Assembly (NCBI RefSeq): GCF_009914755.1
Contig: NC_060928.1
Reading direction: 5' to 3' (one strand)
DNA: 64,000 nt
DNA from: the human T2T-CHM13v2.0 reference genome, Homo sapiens
Shown: positions 1 to 14,130 of the stretch, in pieces
Layout of the letters: the number at the start of each line of letters is the position of its first letter
Numbering within the stretch: the first letter of the stretch is position 1
Made by a program: the position numbers and the translations under genes
Notes under the pieces: generated by a model
Databases searched by the model: none
What the model was told of the DNA's origin: nothing
The model's input: the letters and a program-made list of their open reading frames with translations, nothing else

Positions 1-2037
1 ATGTTGTGTGTGCTCTGACTGCTCCACCAACTCACTGGCCATTCCCCCATCCCTCTCCCTCTCCTTGGAGCTCCCCATTCCCTGAGACATACAACAATAC
101 TGAAATTAGGCCAATTAATAACTCTACAATGGCCTTTAAGTATTCAAGTGAAAGGAAGAGTCCCTCATCTCTGACTTTAAATCAAAAGCTAGATGTGATT
201 AAGCTTAGTGAGGAAGGCATGTCGAAAACTGAGACAGGCCAAAAGCTAGACCTCTTGCAACCAAACAAGTAGCAAAGTTGTGAATGAAAAAGAAAAGTTT
301 TAGTGAACACATGTATGATAAGAAAGTGAAAACAGCCTTATTCCTGATATGGAGAAAGTTTGAGTGGTCTGTACAGAAGATCAAACCAGCCACAACATCC
401 CCTTAAGCCAAAGCCTAATCCAGAGGCCTTAATGCTCTTCAATTCTGTGAAGGCAGAGAGAGTTAAGGAAACTACAGAAGAAAAGTTAGAAGAGAACAGA
501 GGTAGGTTCATGAGGTATAAGGAAAGAGGCCATCTCCATAACATAAAAGTGCAAGGTGAAGCAGCAAGTGCTGATGTAGAAGCTAGAGCAAGTGATCCGG
601 GAGACCTGGGTAAGATCATTGATGAAGGTCGCTACACTAGATACCAGAGTTTCAGTGCAGATGAAACAGCCTTCTATTGGGAGAAGATGCCATCTAGAAC
701 TTTCGTAGTTAGAAAGGAGAAGCCAAAGCTGGCTTCAAAGCTTCAAAAGACAAGCTAACTCTCTTGTCAGGGGCAAATGCAGCTGGTGACTTTTAAGTTG
801 AAGCCAATGTTCATTTGCCATTCTGAAAGTCCCAAAGCCCTTAAGAAGTATGCCCTATAAATAGAGCAACAAACCCTGGATGACAGGACATCTGATGACA
901 GCACATCTGTTGACAACATGGCTTACTGAATATTTAAAGCCCACTGTTGAGACCTACTGGTCAGAAAAATAGATTTCTTTCAAAATACTATTGCTCGCTG
1001 ACAATGTACTTGGTAGCCCAAGAGTGCTGATGGAGATGTACAAGGAGATTAATGTTGTTTTCATGCCTGCTAACACAATACCCATTCTGCAGCCCATGGG
1101 TCAAGGAATAATTTTGACTTTCAAGTCTTATTTAAGAAATACACTTCATAAGGCTACAGTTCCCATAGATAGTGATTCATGTGATGGATCTGGGCAAAGT
1201 CAACTGAAAACCTTCTGGAAAGAATTCACCCGTCTAGATGGCATGAGAAGATTTCTGATTCATGGGAGAAGGTCAAAATATCAACATTACCAAGAGTTAA
1301 GAAGAAGTTGATTACTTGTGGATAACTTTGAGGGGTTCAAGATGTCAGTGAAGGAAGTAACTGCAGATGTGGTAGAAACGGCAAGAGAATTAGAATTAAA
1401 AGTGGAGTCTGAAGATGTGACTGATTGCTGCAATCTGCTAATAAACCCGAACTGATGAGGAGTTGCTCCACTGATGAGTAAACAAAGTGATTTCTTGAGA
1501 TCGACTCTACTCCTGAAGAAGATGTGAATACTGTTGACATGACAGCAAAGGATACAGAATATTACATAAATTTAGTTGATAGAGCAGCAGCAGGGTTTGA
1601 GAGTACTGACTGTAATTTTGAAAGAAGTTCTACTCTGGGTAAAATGCTATCAAACAGCACTGCATGTTACAGAGAAATCTTGAAAGGAAGAGTGAATCAG
1701 TGTGGCAAACTTCATTGCTGACTCATTTTAAGAAATTGCCGTAGCCACCCCAACCTTCAGCAACCACCACCCTAATCAGTTAGTAGCCACTGACACTGAG
1801 GCAATACCTTCCACCAGCAAAAAGATTAAGACTTGCTGAAGGCTCAGATGATTGTTAGCATTTTTTAGCAATAAAGTATTTTTAAATTTAGGTATGATCA
1901 GTATTTTTTATATAATGTTATTACACACCTAATAGACTACAGGGAAACAAAACAATTCATGTGACTCATTTTACTGAAATATTAGCTTTATTGCAGTGGT
2001 CTGGAACTCAACTCGCAATATCGCCAAGGTACACCTG
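1..2037 (+). mobile_element. Tigger1 DNA transposon (TcMar-Tigger/pogo), 5' end outside the window, decayed transposase
   Basis: ORF fragments carry CENP-B-like HTH and pogo DDE-region motifs ([41 protein letters not shown]). Terminal sequence ...gcaatatcgccaaggtacacctg. Confidence 0.92.
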
Positions 2038-2106
2038 GATATTAAGTCACCCTGTGATTTCTTTTTTGAGGAAAATAAAACTTTCAAAAATTAAATCTGG
2101 ACATAC

Positions 2107-2198
2107 CTCTAACATTAATTGTGTAAACTCTTCATTACTAAGGAATGTAGGTTTCCAGTCCTGTCGAATTTCACTAGCATCTGACTGTGCAGTGATTT
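2107..2198 (-). CDS. CLOCK: CLOCK coding exon (c.257-348): (E)[30 protein letters not shown], end of bHLH linker / start of PAS-A
   Basis: Minus-strand translation matches the CLOCK protein. AG acceptor at 2200-2199, GTATG donor at 2106-2102. 92 nt; phase fits the preceding exon. Confidence 0.97.
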
Positions 2199-3414
2199 CT
2201 GTAAACAGATTGACATATTAGTGGCATACTCCAACCACCGGAGGAGTACAAAAGCCCTACAAGTTATCTTGTCTCTTCCCATTCTAATTAAAGATGACAA
2301 CCGTAGGCATTAACATTTATTGGGTAGATATCAAGAGGTCCAGGTTTTGGTATGATGAAATATTTGAGATAACATGGCAAGTTATCTCCTTGGATTTGGT
2401 CTCTTGGTAATACCAGTCTCTTCGGTTTTTCTCTTGGTACTCTGATAGTTATGTTGCTGATGGGCCTGAGATTGCTTCCTATTTGACACAATGACCAAAG
2501 AAGATTTTTGCTCCAAGAATTTTGAAGCAATTCTTTTTTTCCTTTTCCTTCCCTTGCCATTCAAATAGCAATGTCTAGAGCAGCACTAGGGAAATTAGCT
2601 GAAAAAGGCCAAAGAGGTCACTAGGTTTGCTTTCAACAAAGAATGCCTTAGGCCTGCCTACTGCTGGGCAAAAAGCTTCTTCCCAACATTAAGTGCTCTA
2701 TCTTAATTAATCAAAGAGACTAAATTAATATTTTATGCAAAAACTTTACTACAGTAATATTCCCACAGTGATTTTTCTTAGTGTCCTCCTTGTACAACAG
2801 TAGAGAGATGGTGAAAAATTTGGAGATCCCTGCTGTGGGACATATGTTTGTCACAATTATTACCATTTTATTTCACTACATACTTCTAATAGATTTAGTT
2901 ATGAAAAAGCTATTCATAAATGATGAAACCTAGTAACAAATGTTTTTCTATTTTTTAATGTAGACATATTAAAACAAGCAGGCAGAATAAAAATCTATGT
3001 CATAGACTATATTCTACAAAATATACTCTAATTTGTAGTAAGAAGTATAAACTAAATTCTGATTTTATCATCAGATAGAGAAATACAGCATACTGTCCCT
3101 CATCAAAAGTTAGCATATTAGAAATGCCTGTAGTGGAATATGAAGAGTAACTAAGAAGTAGAGCTACTAAATGTGCGGAATACAGTTGTGTTTTTCAAAT
3201 TCACATCAATTATATACATTTGGGAAAAGGATTTAAATCCACAAACAAATCCAATCAAGTTTCATTAAACATAGGCCTATTTTAGGATGATACATATATA
3301 AAATCCTTTTACCTTAACAGAAATACTATTTTTGTGAGAATTATGTATCTGATTTTGAAAAAAAAAATTACCTAATGCCACAATTCATCCTCTATTGACG
3401 GGGAAATATATGCA

Positions 3415-4820
3415 TTTCATTTCATTCAACAACCATTTATTGAACTCCTAGTATCTTTGGACTGGTTTCAATGAGTGTGCCATTTAACAATAGGCACTGA
3501 GGTTAGTGAGATACTATCTGTAGAGGTAAAATGTAATAATAGTGGTGGCAATAAATATTGACACATTTACGAAAGAATCAACAGAATTTGGCAACTGTGA
3601 TATGGTGCTAAGGAAGCTGAAAAAAAATCCTAAAATTTTTTCAGGTTTAAGTCTTAGGTGACTAAAAGGATGGTGGTATAAAAATGAAAAAAGGCAAGTT
3701 AAGAGAAAGAGGTAACTTGACAAAATGAAAATAAATTCAATTTTAGATGCACTGAGTTTGAGGACATGCAAAAGAAAGATCTAGAAGTTATCTGGAAATA
3801 CATGGCTAAAATGTTTGCATCTAAAAATAGAAATCTGGTAGGTTAATAGAGACACAATAGCTGAAGCTATGGAATGAGATAAGCAAGAGAAAGAGTGTAC
3901 AGAAAGCAAGAGAACAAGGATAAGACTTAGGAATGTCACATTTAGAGGGTAGAAAGAGAGGAAAGAAGTTAGTTTCAGTTAGAAAAGGGGAGGAGAAAGT
4001 ACAATATAAGGGAAGCCAAGGGAGGAGGGATAAAAATTTCCAGTGCTGTACAGATGCAGAAGAAGATGCGGTATAAGAAAAAGCTATTGCTTTATTGAGG
4101 GATAGGAAGGTAATGTCATTAGTGAAATTAACAAAAACACTTTCAACGAGTGGTGGAGCATAAACCAGTCCTGTAAGGCATTACCAACTGAGCTAGGCAG
4201 AAGTAAAACAGAGGCACTAATTACTAACTGTCCTGAGTTTTACAGTTTCATTTGCATTTGAAAAAGGAAATTTCCTTTTACAGGTTTTTTTTAAATCTAT
4301 TATTATCTGTTACCAAAATACTTAATATTCTTTAAATTTTCTTTCCATGACTCATTTGTCAAGATGATTTTCTTCTATTAACAAATACTTTATTTTATAG
4401 TGTTGATTTACTAGATATACATTGAAACCTTTTAAAATGACACATAAGAACTTTATACTATCCAGCTTTTTCCTTTCTTTCAAATACACCCATAATTTTC
4501 CAACACAAACATGCTTCAGTGACAATGAAGTCTCCCTGCCTCTCTGCTTTTGCACATATTCCCTTTGTGTGACATGCTGTCTTCCTTAATCTAAAAGACT
4601 CAGTTGAAAAATCAACTATTTTAAAAGTCTCCCTGACATACTCTTTCCTGTGTTTTTGCTGCAAACAGTTTACAAGCACTACTCACATTTGTAATTATGT
4701 GCTTACATGTTTGTCTGCCCTGGCTTGACTTAACTTCAAATCCAGGACTGTTACCCTGCATCATGAGGATTTAGCATGTAGTAGGCACGGAATAAATGTT
4801 TGTTGAATGAAAGAATGAAC
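3415..4820. mobile_element. Old L2 LINE fragments
   Basis: L2 3'-end signatures ttcattcaacaaccatttattga (~3420) and aataaatgtttgttgaatga (~4790); purine-rich decayed body. Confidence 0.55.
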
Positions 4821-4958
4821 ATATTAGGAAACCTTTTAAAATGCAATTGATTTCTCTCTCTTAAAAAAGCCAAGGAAGCATCCAATCTTAAGCATCTCTG
4901 CCAAGATTCTAACTAATGCTTTGAGAGTCTGTTCCATTTTACAGAGTTAAAAATTTAC

Positions 4959-5107
4959 CTTTATGTTTTCGTAAAAAATCAATGCTTTTCTGCAGAACAG
5001 TAGATTTGTCCATCTTTCTAGCATTACCAGGAAGCATGGATCCCAGTTCTTTAATGAGAACATTAAATTGATCTCTACGTTTCTTTTCAGATTTGTTTCT
5101 AGATACT
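4959..5107 (-). CDS. CLOCK: CLOCK coding exon (c.108-256): bHLH domain [49 protein letters not shown]
   Basis: ORF-track 4939..5130 contains the CLOCK bHLH. CAG acceptor (AG at 5109-5108), GTAAA donor at 4958-4954. 149 nt. Confidence 0.98.
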
Positions 5108-5783
5108 CTGATGAAATGAAAAATATGCATTTTTTAAACAATCCATTTAATTACACAAGTAGTTTAATACAATGTTAATTTAGACATGACACAGCATGTA
5201 CTTCTATCAACATAGATGGTAACAAATATCTTCCAGGTTACCAATATACAGTTAATTTGGGCAATAATTTTTCAGCTCAGTTTATTACTAAAGAAAATTT
5301 TACAAATCATACATTTGACAAACATGTTTTTATGAAAATGCCAATAAGAAAAACTGCATTCAAATCACAAGTTTTATTCAATCTAATACTTCCAGTGATT
5401 GTTAACTTACATGGTTATTATAAATATATGTACTAAATGAATAAAGACGCTATTCTATGTGAAGCAGTAACCAGTAAACAAACAGCTATTGAGAAAAACT
5501 TGATTATTTATAAAACAATCATTTTATGATACCTGTAATTATCTGCTTTGAAGTCAGATTTTCTAATTCAGTTTCTGTTTAAGCAAAGCATAATACTTTT
5601 CCAAAAGGTCAGAAGATATTTAATTTATAAACTACATACCAATATTCTAAGTTCTTCCACCTTGCTAATATATCTAAACTCCTAAAGCACATAGCTTTTG
5701 GAAATCATTTATTCACTATTTATTTACCATTATATTTATCTATTATTCATTCATTTACTATTTTATATCTCTAATCAAACTAC

Positions 5784-5843
5784 CTTTTCGCTTTGTCCTT
5801 GTCATCTTCTTCCACCAACCCATCAAAAATACTACTGTCATCT
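5784..5843 (-). CDS. CLOCK: CLOCK coding exon (c.48-107): (R)DDSSIFDGLVEEDDKDKAK(R)
   Basis: Minus-strand translation matches CLOCK. TTTTAG acceptor, GTAG donor. 60 nt, phase 2/2. Confidence 0.97.
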
Positions 5844-6399
5844 CTAAAAGAAAGCGGATAGAGAAAGTAAGAGCAGACTCACTAAGCAACAGCAATACTA
5901 AAGTGACATGTAAATCAACTCAGTTATGCCCTATGATTTTTGTAAAGTTAATGAGTTATAACATTCAAACTACTAACCTATTTCCTAGTAAACATTCAAA
6001 AATCAAAATTCAGTAATAATTATATTTTTAAGCTTATTACATAAATTGTAAAAGTATTTATACTTAGCTATATTATGAACACATCATGCTAAACAAGAAT
6101 TTAACCAGTTTAAATATCTTGTTTCAAACTTTTAGTAACGGTAAAAACGTATAGAAAGTCAGTGTTTGCCATTATATAAAATTATTTTTAACTATAACAG
6201 CATAATTTAAATTTTTTCTTAGATATTTACTTTCTAAAACCACAATTACTCGTAAACATCACAATGTAATGCATTAACTTATATTAATACATTTCATTCA
6301 TTTACTAATTCATTTGACAAATATGTATTAGCACTCATGTGCTCTGTTCTGGACATGTTTAGTAAGCAATGAATAAGACATTTAGCTGCTTTCCTACAG

Positions 6400-6709
6400 T
6401 TTTTCCTTCTTTTTCCTTTTTTTCTGGAGACAGGGTCTTACTCTGCTGCCCAGACTGGAGTGCAGTTGCACAAACATGGCTCACTGCAGCCTCAACCTCC
6501 TGGGTTCAAGAAGTCCTCTTGCCTCAGCCTGCTGAGTAGCTGGGACCACAGGTACATGCCACCATGACTGGCTAGTTTTTTTATATTTTTGTAGAGATGG
6601 GGTCTTGCTATGTTGACCAGGCTGGTCTTGAACTCCTGGGCTCAAATGACCTTCCTATCTCAGCCTCCTAAAGTGTTGGGATTACAGGTGTGAGCTGCCG
6701 TACCCAGCC
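6400..6709 (-). mobile_element. Alu (AluJ-like)
   Basis: Reverse-complement Alu dimer with T-rich tail. Confidence 0.9.
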
Positions 6710-6739
6710 TCATTTTCTAGTAGATAGAAACAAGTATAA

Positions 6740-7066
<327 letters not shown>

Positions 7067-8237
7067 TTAAAGGGGTGATGTTTTAGTAACTGCAGTCTGA
7101 GCGGTTAGTGGGGGACACGTGAGCTAGGATCTAAGTGACAAGAAGGGGCTGGCTATGGGAAGATGTAAGGAAAGACCATTCCTAAAAAATAAAATCAAGA
7201 GCATTGGTGGCTAACTCAACCCTAGGAGCAATATTAAAGTTTCTGCTGATTTATGAAGTTTTACATAAATTCCCTATTCACTCCTTTAGCCACACCTTTC
7301 TATGGCCTATAAAGGCCTATATGCTATAAAATGGAGTCACTATTGAGATCACCTGTAACACTCATATCATGGTGGAGGTGCATGTATGAACTTGGGGATT
7401 CCATGTAGGCCCTGAAATTTATAAAAAATTGTTATATGTATATGAATTTTCCGAGAACAGAGTTCATAACTTCCATGACATTCAGAGATAAGGAACCCAT
7501 ATTAATAATCACTGCTTTATGTCTGAAAATACAAATGTCATCCCTAGGTGTCATACTATCTAGAATGGGAAAAGCATAATGCCAAATTCATATTTTATCC
7601 ATCAAAGGCAGTGAAGAAATATCTTTTCCAAGAAAAAGACTATCATTAATTCCGCCTGTAACTATGGCACAGTTCAAAGCTATTGACATGGTGCAGGCAG
7701 GCTTCTTTAAGGAAGTTTCTTGCTCCTCACATCTTAAGTTCTGGTGGAGTATACATCTTTACTATCTAGCTCATAAAAAGGGAGAAGAGCTGTCCCCAGA
7801 TGTCAAAAGTCACTTCTGTGTACAAGTCTAGCTGCAAAACTCTTAAAGAATCCCAATGGATGGAGCACACCGAACAGTGCAATAAACGCATTAACAACTT
7901 TAATGTCAGACAAACCAACACAAGTAAAAATTCCAGATCATATCTTACTAGCTATGTGACTTTAAACAAGTTATTTAACCTCTCTGACCTACAGTTTTCT
8001 CATTTGTAAAATCTTGCAGAATTATTGAGGTTAAATAACATGTAAAAAAGTATTCTGTACATTTGCTGTCAGAGTAGATGCTTTAAAAATGTTGTTGGAT
8101 TATATCAAATTTAAGATATTATTGACTGTTAAGATCACCACTATTTTATGTGCCCTTAAGAAAGAAAAAAAGAGTGCTACCAATTAAATTATGATAAGAG
8201 ATGCTAAAATGTAAAAAACAAAGACAACTTAAAGTCT

Positions 8238-8400
8238 TTTCTTTTCTACTTTTACTTTAGGTTCAGGGGTACCTGTGTAGGTTTTTCATGCGGGTAGACT
8301 ACGTGTCGCTGAGGTTTGGTGTACCAATGATCTCACCACCCAAGTAGTGAGCACAGTACCCAATAGTTTTTTAACCCTCACTGCCCCCTTCCACCCTCCT
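8238..8400 (-). mobile_element. L1 3'-end fragment (L1PA/PB-like)
   Basis: ttttactttaggttcaggggtac...cccaagtagtgagcacagtacccaatag matches the reverse L1 3'UTR. Confidence 0.7.
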
Positions 8401-8882
8401 CCAAAAATTTCAAGTATTAAAATCAAAGGAATATGGAGATTTACCCTTTTCCCAAGAGTATGATGTAAAGATTACAATTTTAACTAATGAAATCCTAATT
8501 ATAGTTACTTCTTATCAGTCACAAATGCTAAGATGCTTGAAGGGATGAAGTTAGATAAGAAGAAAAAGGACTCCAGAAGGTTCCAAGGAAACATTTGCAA
8601 CTGTCAGAATTTCCTTCAGAGCAGCTATGACCAAATCACTAAAAATTACAAGTCAGGACTCATTTAAAACACACAAGCCATATGCTGCTGACTTTGCCTC
8701 TGGAAAATACTGATATACCTTACTTATTTTTTTATACTATATTTGTTTAATACAGAAACTGAATGCAATAGTAATTATGTTTAGGCATAAAATTCCTTCT
8801 ATCAATTTCATATAGACCATTATTCTAATAGTGCATTTTAAAATAATTATATATAACTTAAAATAAGTCTTCAAAAACATAC

Positions 8883-8929
8883 CTGTCAACAATCGAGCTC
8901 ATTTTACTACAGCTTACGGTAAACAACAT
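8883..8929 (-). CDS. CLOCK: CLOCK first coding segment (c.1-47): MLFTVSCSKMSSIVD(R)
   Basis: ATG at 8929-8927 gives the known CLOCK N-terminus. GTATG donor at 8882-8878. Confidence 0.96.
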
Positions 8930-8972
8930 AACATACTACGTTTTCGTCTTGTAGTAGACATTTGTACTTCTC
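8930..8972 (-). other. CLOCK: 5'UTR portion (43 nt) of the CLOCK start-codon exon
   Basis: Polypyrimidine tract and AG (TTTTTCTTTTCACCTAAG) ending at 8973. Exon totals 90 nt. Confidence 0.9.
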
Positions 8973-10050
8973 CTTAGGTGAAAAGAAAAATAAATGGTCA
9001 TTAGTTTTCTAAAAATGTTACTTCCACAAACTTATCTTGAGAAATACTATATGTTATCACAGAGACTTCAAAACGTTTTGTTTGTACTGAAGATCAGAAC
9101 ATTATTTTCAAGCAAATACCTATGGCTGAGGTACATTTGAGGCTTCTTTTCCCCTCCTAAAAAACACCTACAAGAAAAAAAGTAATTCAGGCTCATATTA
9201 ACTTTCTCTTTACTATCAATCAAAATAAAATGGACATTCTCAATATTCAGTATATATTTGACTATATAACTACAAATAGTCTGTAATAACACCATCTATT
9301 CAGCAATAAATATTTGTTGAAAGCCTATTTTCTGCTAAACAGTACAGCAGGCTTTGGGCACATAACAGTGAAAGACACAGTCCCTGTAGGAAAAATTTGC
9401 AATTGAGCAGGAAGATAGATATCTAAATAATTATAATAAGAGGTATAATGAAGGTATATACTGTGTAATGCTATCACTGGGCAAGGAACAATTATGTCTA
9501 CCCGTGGGAATTAGAGAGGGGAAACGAGGAAATATTCTTGATGACAGTAAGTCTGTCAGGGAGTCAAAATTCTTTTTTAATGCAAATATGGTGCAGGGAT
9601 GGGCAGCATCACCATCCTCTGAGAGCTTGTTTTCAAAGGCAAAATCTTAATGAACCAGAATCTACATTTTCACAAGGGCTCCACGTGATAATGTATGACC
9701 ACTTAAGTTTGAGAAGCAACAGGCTGGAGGACAGAAACAGATAATAGGTGAAAGAATTTTAAGCGACAGGAATGGCAATTTGTAAAGGCACAGGCCTTAG
9801 TGAGACAAAAGAATATCGTATTTGAGAAACTAAGAGGTTTAGCATTTTCCTTATGAAAAACCTGGGATGTTACAATTTAAAGTTATAATTACTAGACCAT
9901 AAAGTTTGAGAATACAAGTGGTAAACTGGCAAAGGCAAGTCAAGTACAGGAGAGTCTTACTATAAAGAGTCTCATACCCAAATTGAAGGAAGTAAAACTT
10001 ACTGCTTTAAAGCTGGATCACAAGCCTAAAATTTGTCTCTCTATATTCTA

Positions 10051-10165
10051 TAGGTTGAGTATCCCTAATCTGAAAACCTGAAATCCAAAATACTCCAAAA
10101 TCTGAAAGCTTTTGAGCATCAACATAATGTTCAACATTCAAAGGAAATGCTCAACGGAGCATTTC
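10051..10165 (+). mobile_element. Tigger4/MER46-like fragment
   Basis: taggttgagtatccctaatc terminus, the same as the complete copy at 52086. Confidence 0.7.
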
Positions 10166-10329
10166 TAAACCAGAGAAGATTAAAGATATTACAAGAACGT
10201 GAGATTCTAAACATTCAGTCACTGTTTTCAAATGCACCTTCATGAAAGGAAAGGAGAATAACCCTGGCAACATTGCTGCATTGCCTGTATGGTTATGGCT
10301 GCAGAAGTAGAACTGTGAGGGGCTCAGAA

Positions 10330-10500
10330 TATTTTTTTTTCTTTTTGTTTTTGAGATGGGGTCTTACTCTGTTGCCCAGGGTGGAGTGCTGTGGCATGAT
10401 CATAGCTCACTGCTGCCTTGAAATCCTGGCCTCAAGCAATCCTGCCACTTCAGCCTCCTGAGTAGCTGGGATTACAGGTGCTCGCTACCATACCCAGGGC
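10330..10500 (-). mobile_element. Alu monomer / partial Alu
   Basis: Reverse Alu arm. Confidence 0.8.
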
Positions 10501-11090
10501 TAAGAGTTCTTAAAAGAAAATGAGTGACAGAGTCAAAGATAGAAATAATAAAATAAAAAGGACTAACACCAGGATGAAAAGTTGTGATTTTAAGTGTCTG
10601 AGGTAGTATCAGCAGATGGAACACAGAACTACAGAATTTTAGAGGTAGAAGAGAATTTAAAGACCACCTAAGTACATTTCTCTGGTCCAACAGACATATT
10701 TATCTTCATGGTAAGAAGTGAGGCTGATTCTATCACTAGAAGAGGAAGAACAGTATAAAAGTAATAGGGCAAATTTCAGTGAATTCAAAAAGAATTGTTA
10801 AGAGTAAAAAGTTCAAAAGGCCAGATCTGAGCCTTATAAGGCACCCAGTAAGTATGGCTTAATTATCAAAAGGTAGAAAATAAGACAAACTACCAAAAAA
10901 AGGGCAGGGGGTGGTGGCGGGGACTAGGCAACGCCAAGAATTAAGGGTTATACTACAGGAAAAGCCTTGCTGACTACTAGAAGGGTGAATCCAATATAGT
11001 TTAGAAGATGCAGGCTGATGCTTTATTAGGCTGTTTTACTATTGTTGTTAACAATATTCTTCCAAAAATTATTTGTCGTCCAGCTAATAG

Positions 11091-11407
<317 letters not shown>

Positions 11408-11864
11408 CAGATATAACTCTTAACAGTCTAGCACAAGATCTTCATCTTTCCAGCCAATTGACATACACATTTTACTTAAGGGAAAGGAGTAAGTAAAATA
11501 GGCTGGACATGCACCCTAGAGCAAATGTTAGAAGATTTCCCTAAACTTTTAAAAATGGTGTCAAATTAACTTTAACAAGACAAACTGGTAAGGTGGAACA
11601 GCCAAAATACTTTGTTTGCAGACTACTGCAAGTCCCACGCTTTCAATTCAGAAAGAGACTAGCTAGAGTCACACTTGTCCATGCTGTGGAGTCTAAGGAT
11701 ACAGATGCCATGCCACTTCCCTACACAAGCTGAAGTGGAATGTCAAACATATAATCTAATATAGAATACATTTCATTATTTTTTAAGTTCGACATTAGAC
11801 CACAAAGATATGCAATGTCTTCAAAAGGATCAGTTGCAGTTACTGGAATCCAAAATTCACCAGT

Positions 11865-12056
11865 TTTATTTAAAAAAACTAAAATAGTATAATTGGATTG
11901 TTTATAACACAAAGGATAAATGCTTGAGGGGATGACATCCCATTTTACATGGCATAATTATTACATATTGCATGCCTTTATCAAAACATCTCATGTACCC
12001 CATAAATAAATATATATACTAGGTACCCACACAAATTAAAATTAAAATTAAAAATT
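11865..12056 (+). mobile_element. L1MA-type 3' end
   Basis: gtataattggattgttt...aaaggataaatgcttgaggggatg...catctcatgtaccccataaat followed by an A-rich tail. Confidence 0.75.
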
Positions 12057-12149
12057 CCAAAAAACAAAGTTCCCCAACTATAAAGGATCAAGTTACAGCT
12101 AGGAATCAAATGCTCCTTTACTTAAGCAACTTGAGATCAGAGTCATCTG

Positions 12150-14130
12150 GTGATATGACTTCCCAGCTCAACATGTATCACATTACTATTTTATTCATAC
12201 ACATGCACATTTCCCCAATTTCTCAATATCATAATTTTGGTTAGGTGGTTATATTTGGAGTTAACATCATTATGACTCCGTAAATGCCAATTCACAGCTA
12301 AGCCATATAGTATACTATAATTACTTTTCCTTTTGAGCAGTTTTTCCTAGAGTTACCATTTTGTTGTTTACCTAGTTTTGTTTATACTTACTACCAACTT
12401 AACTACAAATTCTTCCCTGTCTGTATCTACTATTTCTTCAAACACATTACACATTCTACCAATTTCACCTTCTCACAGTAGTATCTCTAGAAATCTTCCA
12501 ACCTGTTTCTATTGGGACTGGAAACTATCTACTAACCTGAGGACAAGCTGTCTTCTTGTGATCATTATTCATCATCATCCTGGTGATTCCCTGGGTCTCT
12601 AGTTAGGTCATATTCCCTGTTACTTGTATCCTATGCCTTCATCTTTTTTAGTTTACTTCTTTATTTTTGTTGAGTAATTCCTCCAATAACTGCCTAAGAA
12701 AGGGGACATGACAGGTAAATTTTTTAAGGCTTCGTAAGTCTAAAACTGTCATTAGTCTATCCTTAATCAACAGTTTAGTTGGATACTGAATACCTGGTTG
12801 AAAATCACTTTTCCTTCTGAATGCTGAAGACTCCACTATCTTCTAGCTTCCAGTGTGGTGTCAAGAAGTGCAAAGCCATTCTGATTACTGATCCTTTAGA
12901 TGTGACCTGTTATTTATTTCACTCTGGAAACTCCCTTGTTTTCTAAAATTGAACAGTGATGTGCCCTGTTTTGGCTTTTTATATCTGTACTGGTCACTCA
13001 ACAGGCTTTTCCTAACTGGTAACTCATGTCCTCTAATTCTGGAGAGTTTTCTCGAGTTGTTCTCTATTCTTTGTTTTTCCCCTCTGTTTCCTCTCTCTCC
13101 TTCTGGAGCACTTATTTGAACATTGGAGATCCTGGACAGTTGTAATTTTCTTATTTTTTCTCTACCATTTTCCATTTCTTTGGCTCTTTGCTCTACTTTC
13201 AATAGATTTTATTTTTCAACCTTTCCAATGAATTTTTCATTTCTAATTTCATTTCTTACTGTTTCTCGTTCATACTTCATGGATATAGCATCCCTCTTAC
13301 CTTTATGTAAGGTTTGTGTTTAATTTTCGCCCACCTAACTGCTCTCCATTTCCCCTAACTTGGTGTTTTACCTTTTGGTTTGGCCTTTGTCTTGCACATA
13401 AGAGGTTTTTCCTCAGCTGTCTACTGATCTCTGAACATGAGCTCACATTTAAGGGTAAGCGCTAAAAAAACTGAAGCTCTGTGTGATACAGCTTGCTGAC
13501 TGTTAACTTTACTGTAGGGCTATCAGGTTGAAATATTTCTTTGGGGAATTCTCAATGTCAGAATCTTTAGATCTTTTAAGATGATTATAATTCAGAGAAA
13601 ATAATTATGTATCTTCTCAACTCTTGCCTGAAGAGTATAAAAACCTGGTACCCTGGGTTCTTAACCCTTCTATTTTTAACATGTCACCCCCATTCTCAGC
13701 CATGTTTGTGGCTCCTTTATTTTATCCTTACTAGGGAATAAATCTCCAGACTTCTGCTAAGATAGGAAAAAGGTGGCTGCCTTGGTTCCAAAGTTAAGAA
13801 AAGGATCCATGGAATATAATTACCCCTTAAACAGATTTGCAACAAATCATCCTGTTTTAGTTCCACCATCACTCCTATTTCCAGAAATAGTTTTCAATTC
13901 ATGAAAATTATAGAGGTTCTACAGTGCCAAGAAGTTTGTTTCAGCTTTCCCACAGCAGGCTTAGGATCCTGGGATTTGCAAGAAAGTTACTATGCTCCCT
14001 TTTGCAGTCCCAAATTTTGTTGCTACTGTTTCTTCTCCATTCTCTCTGTCCTGTTATGTCTTTCGTAAAAATCTTCTTACTTTAGCTTCAGTGAGGTTTC
14101 AAGAGAAAATAAAATTTAATTGTATTGTTT
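12150..14130 (-). mobile_element. Old L1/HAL1 ORF1-region remnant
   Basis: ORF-track peptides 12648..12836 (DFQPGIQYPTKL) and 12885..13202 (MENGREKIRKL...SNVQI...PEGE) resemble L1 ORF1p. Confidence 0.6.

Noticed and set aside
360-1721. ORFs of 65-132 aa with transposase similarity as a possible domesticated TIGD-like gene
   Set aside because: They are fragments of one Tigger1 copy broken by multiple stops and frameshifts.
10901-10928. G-rich tract as a possible G-quadruplex (also 59012-59031)
   Set aside because: Fewer than four clean G3 runs and no supporting context.
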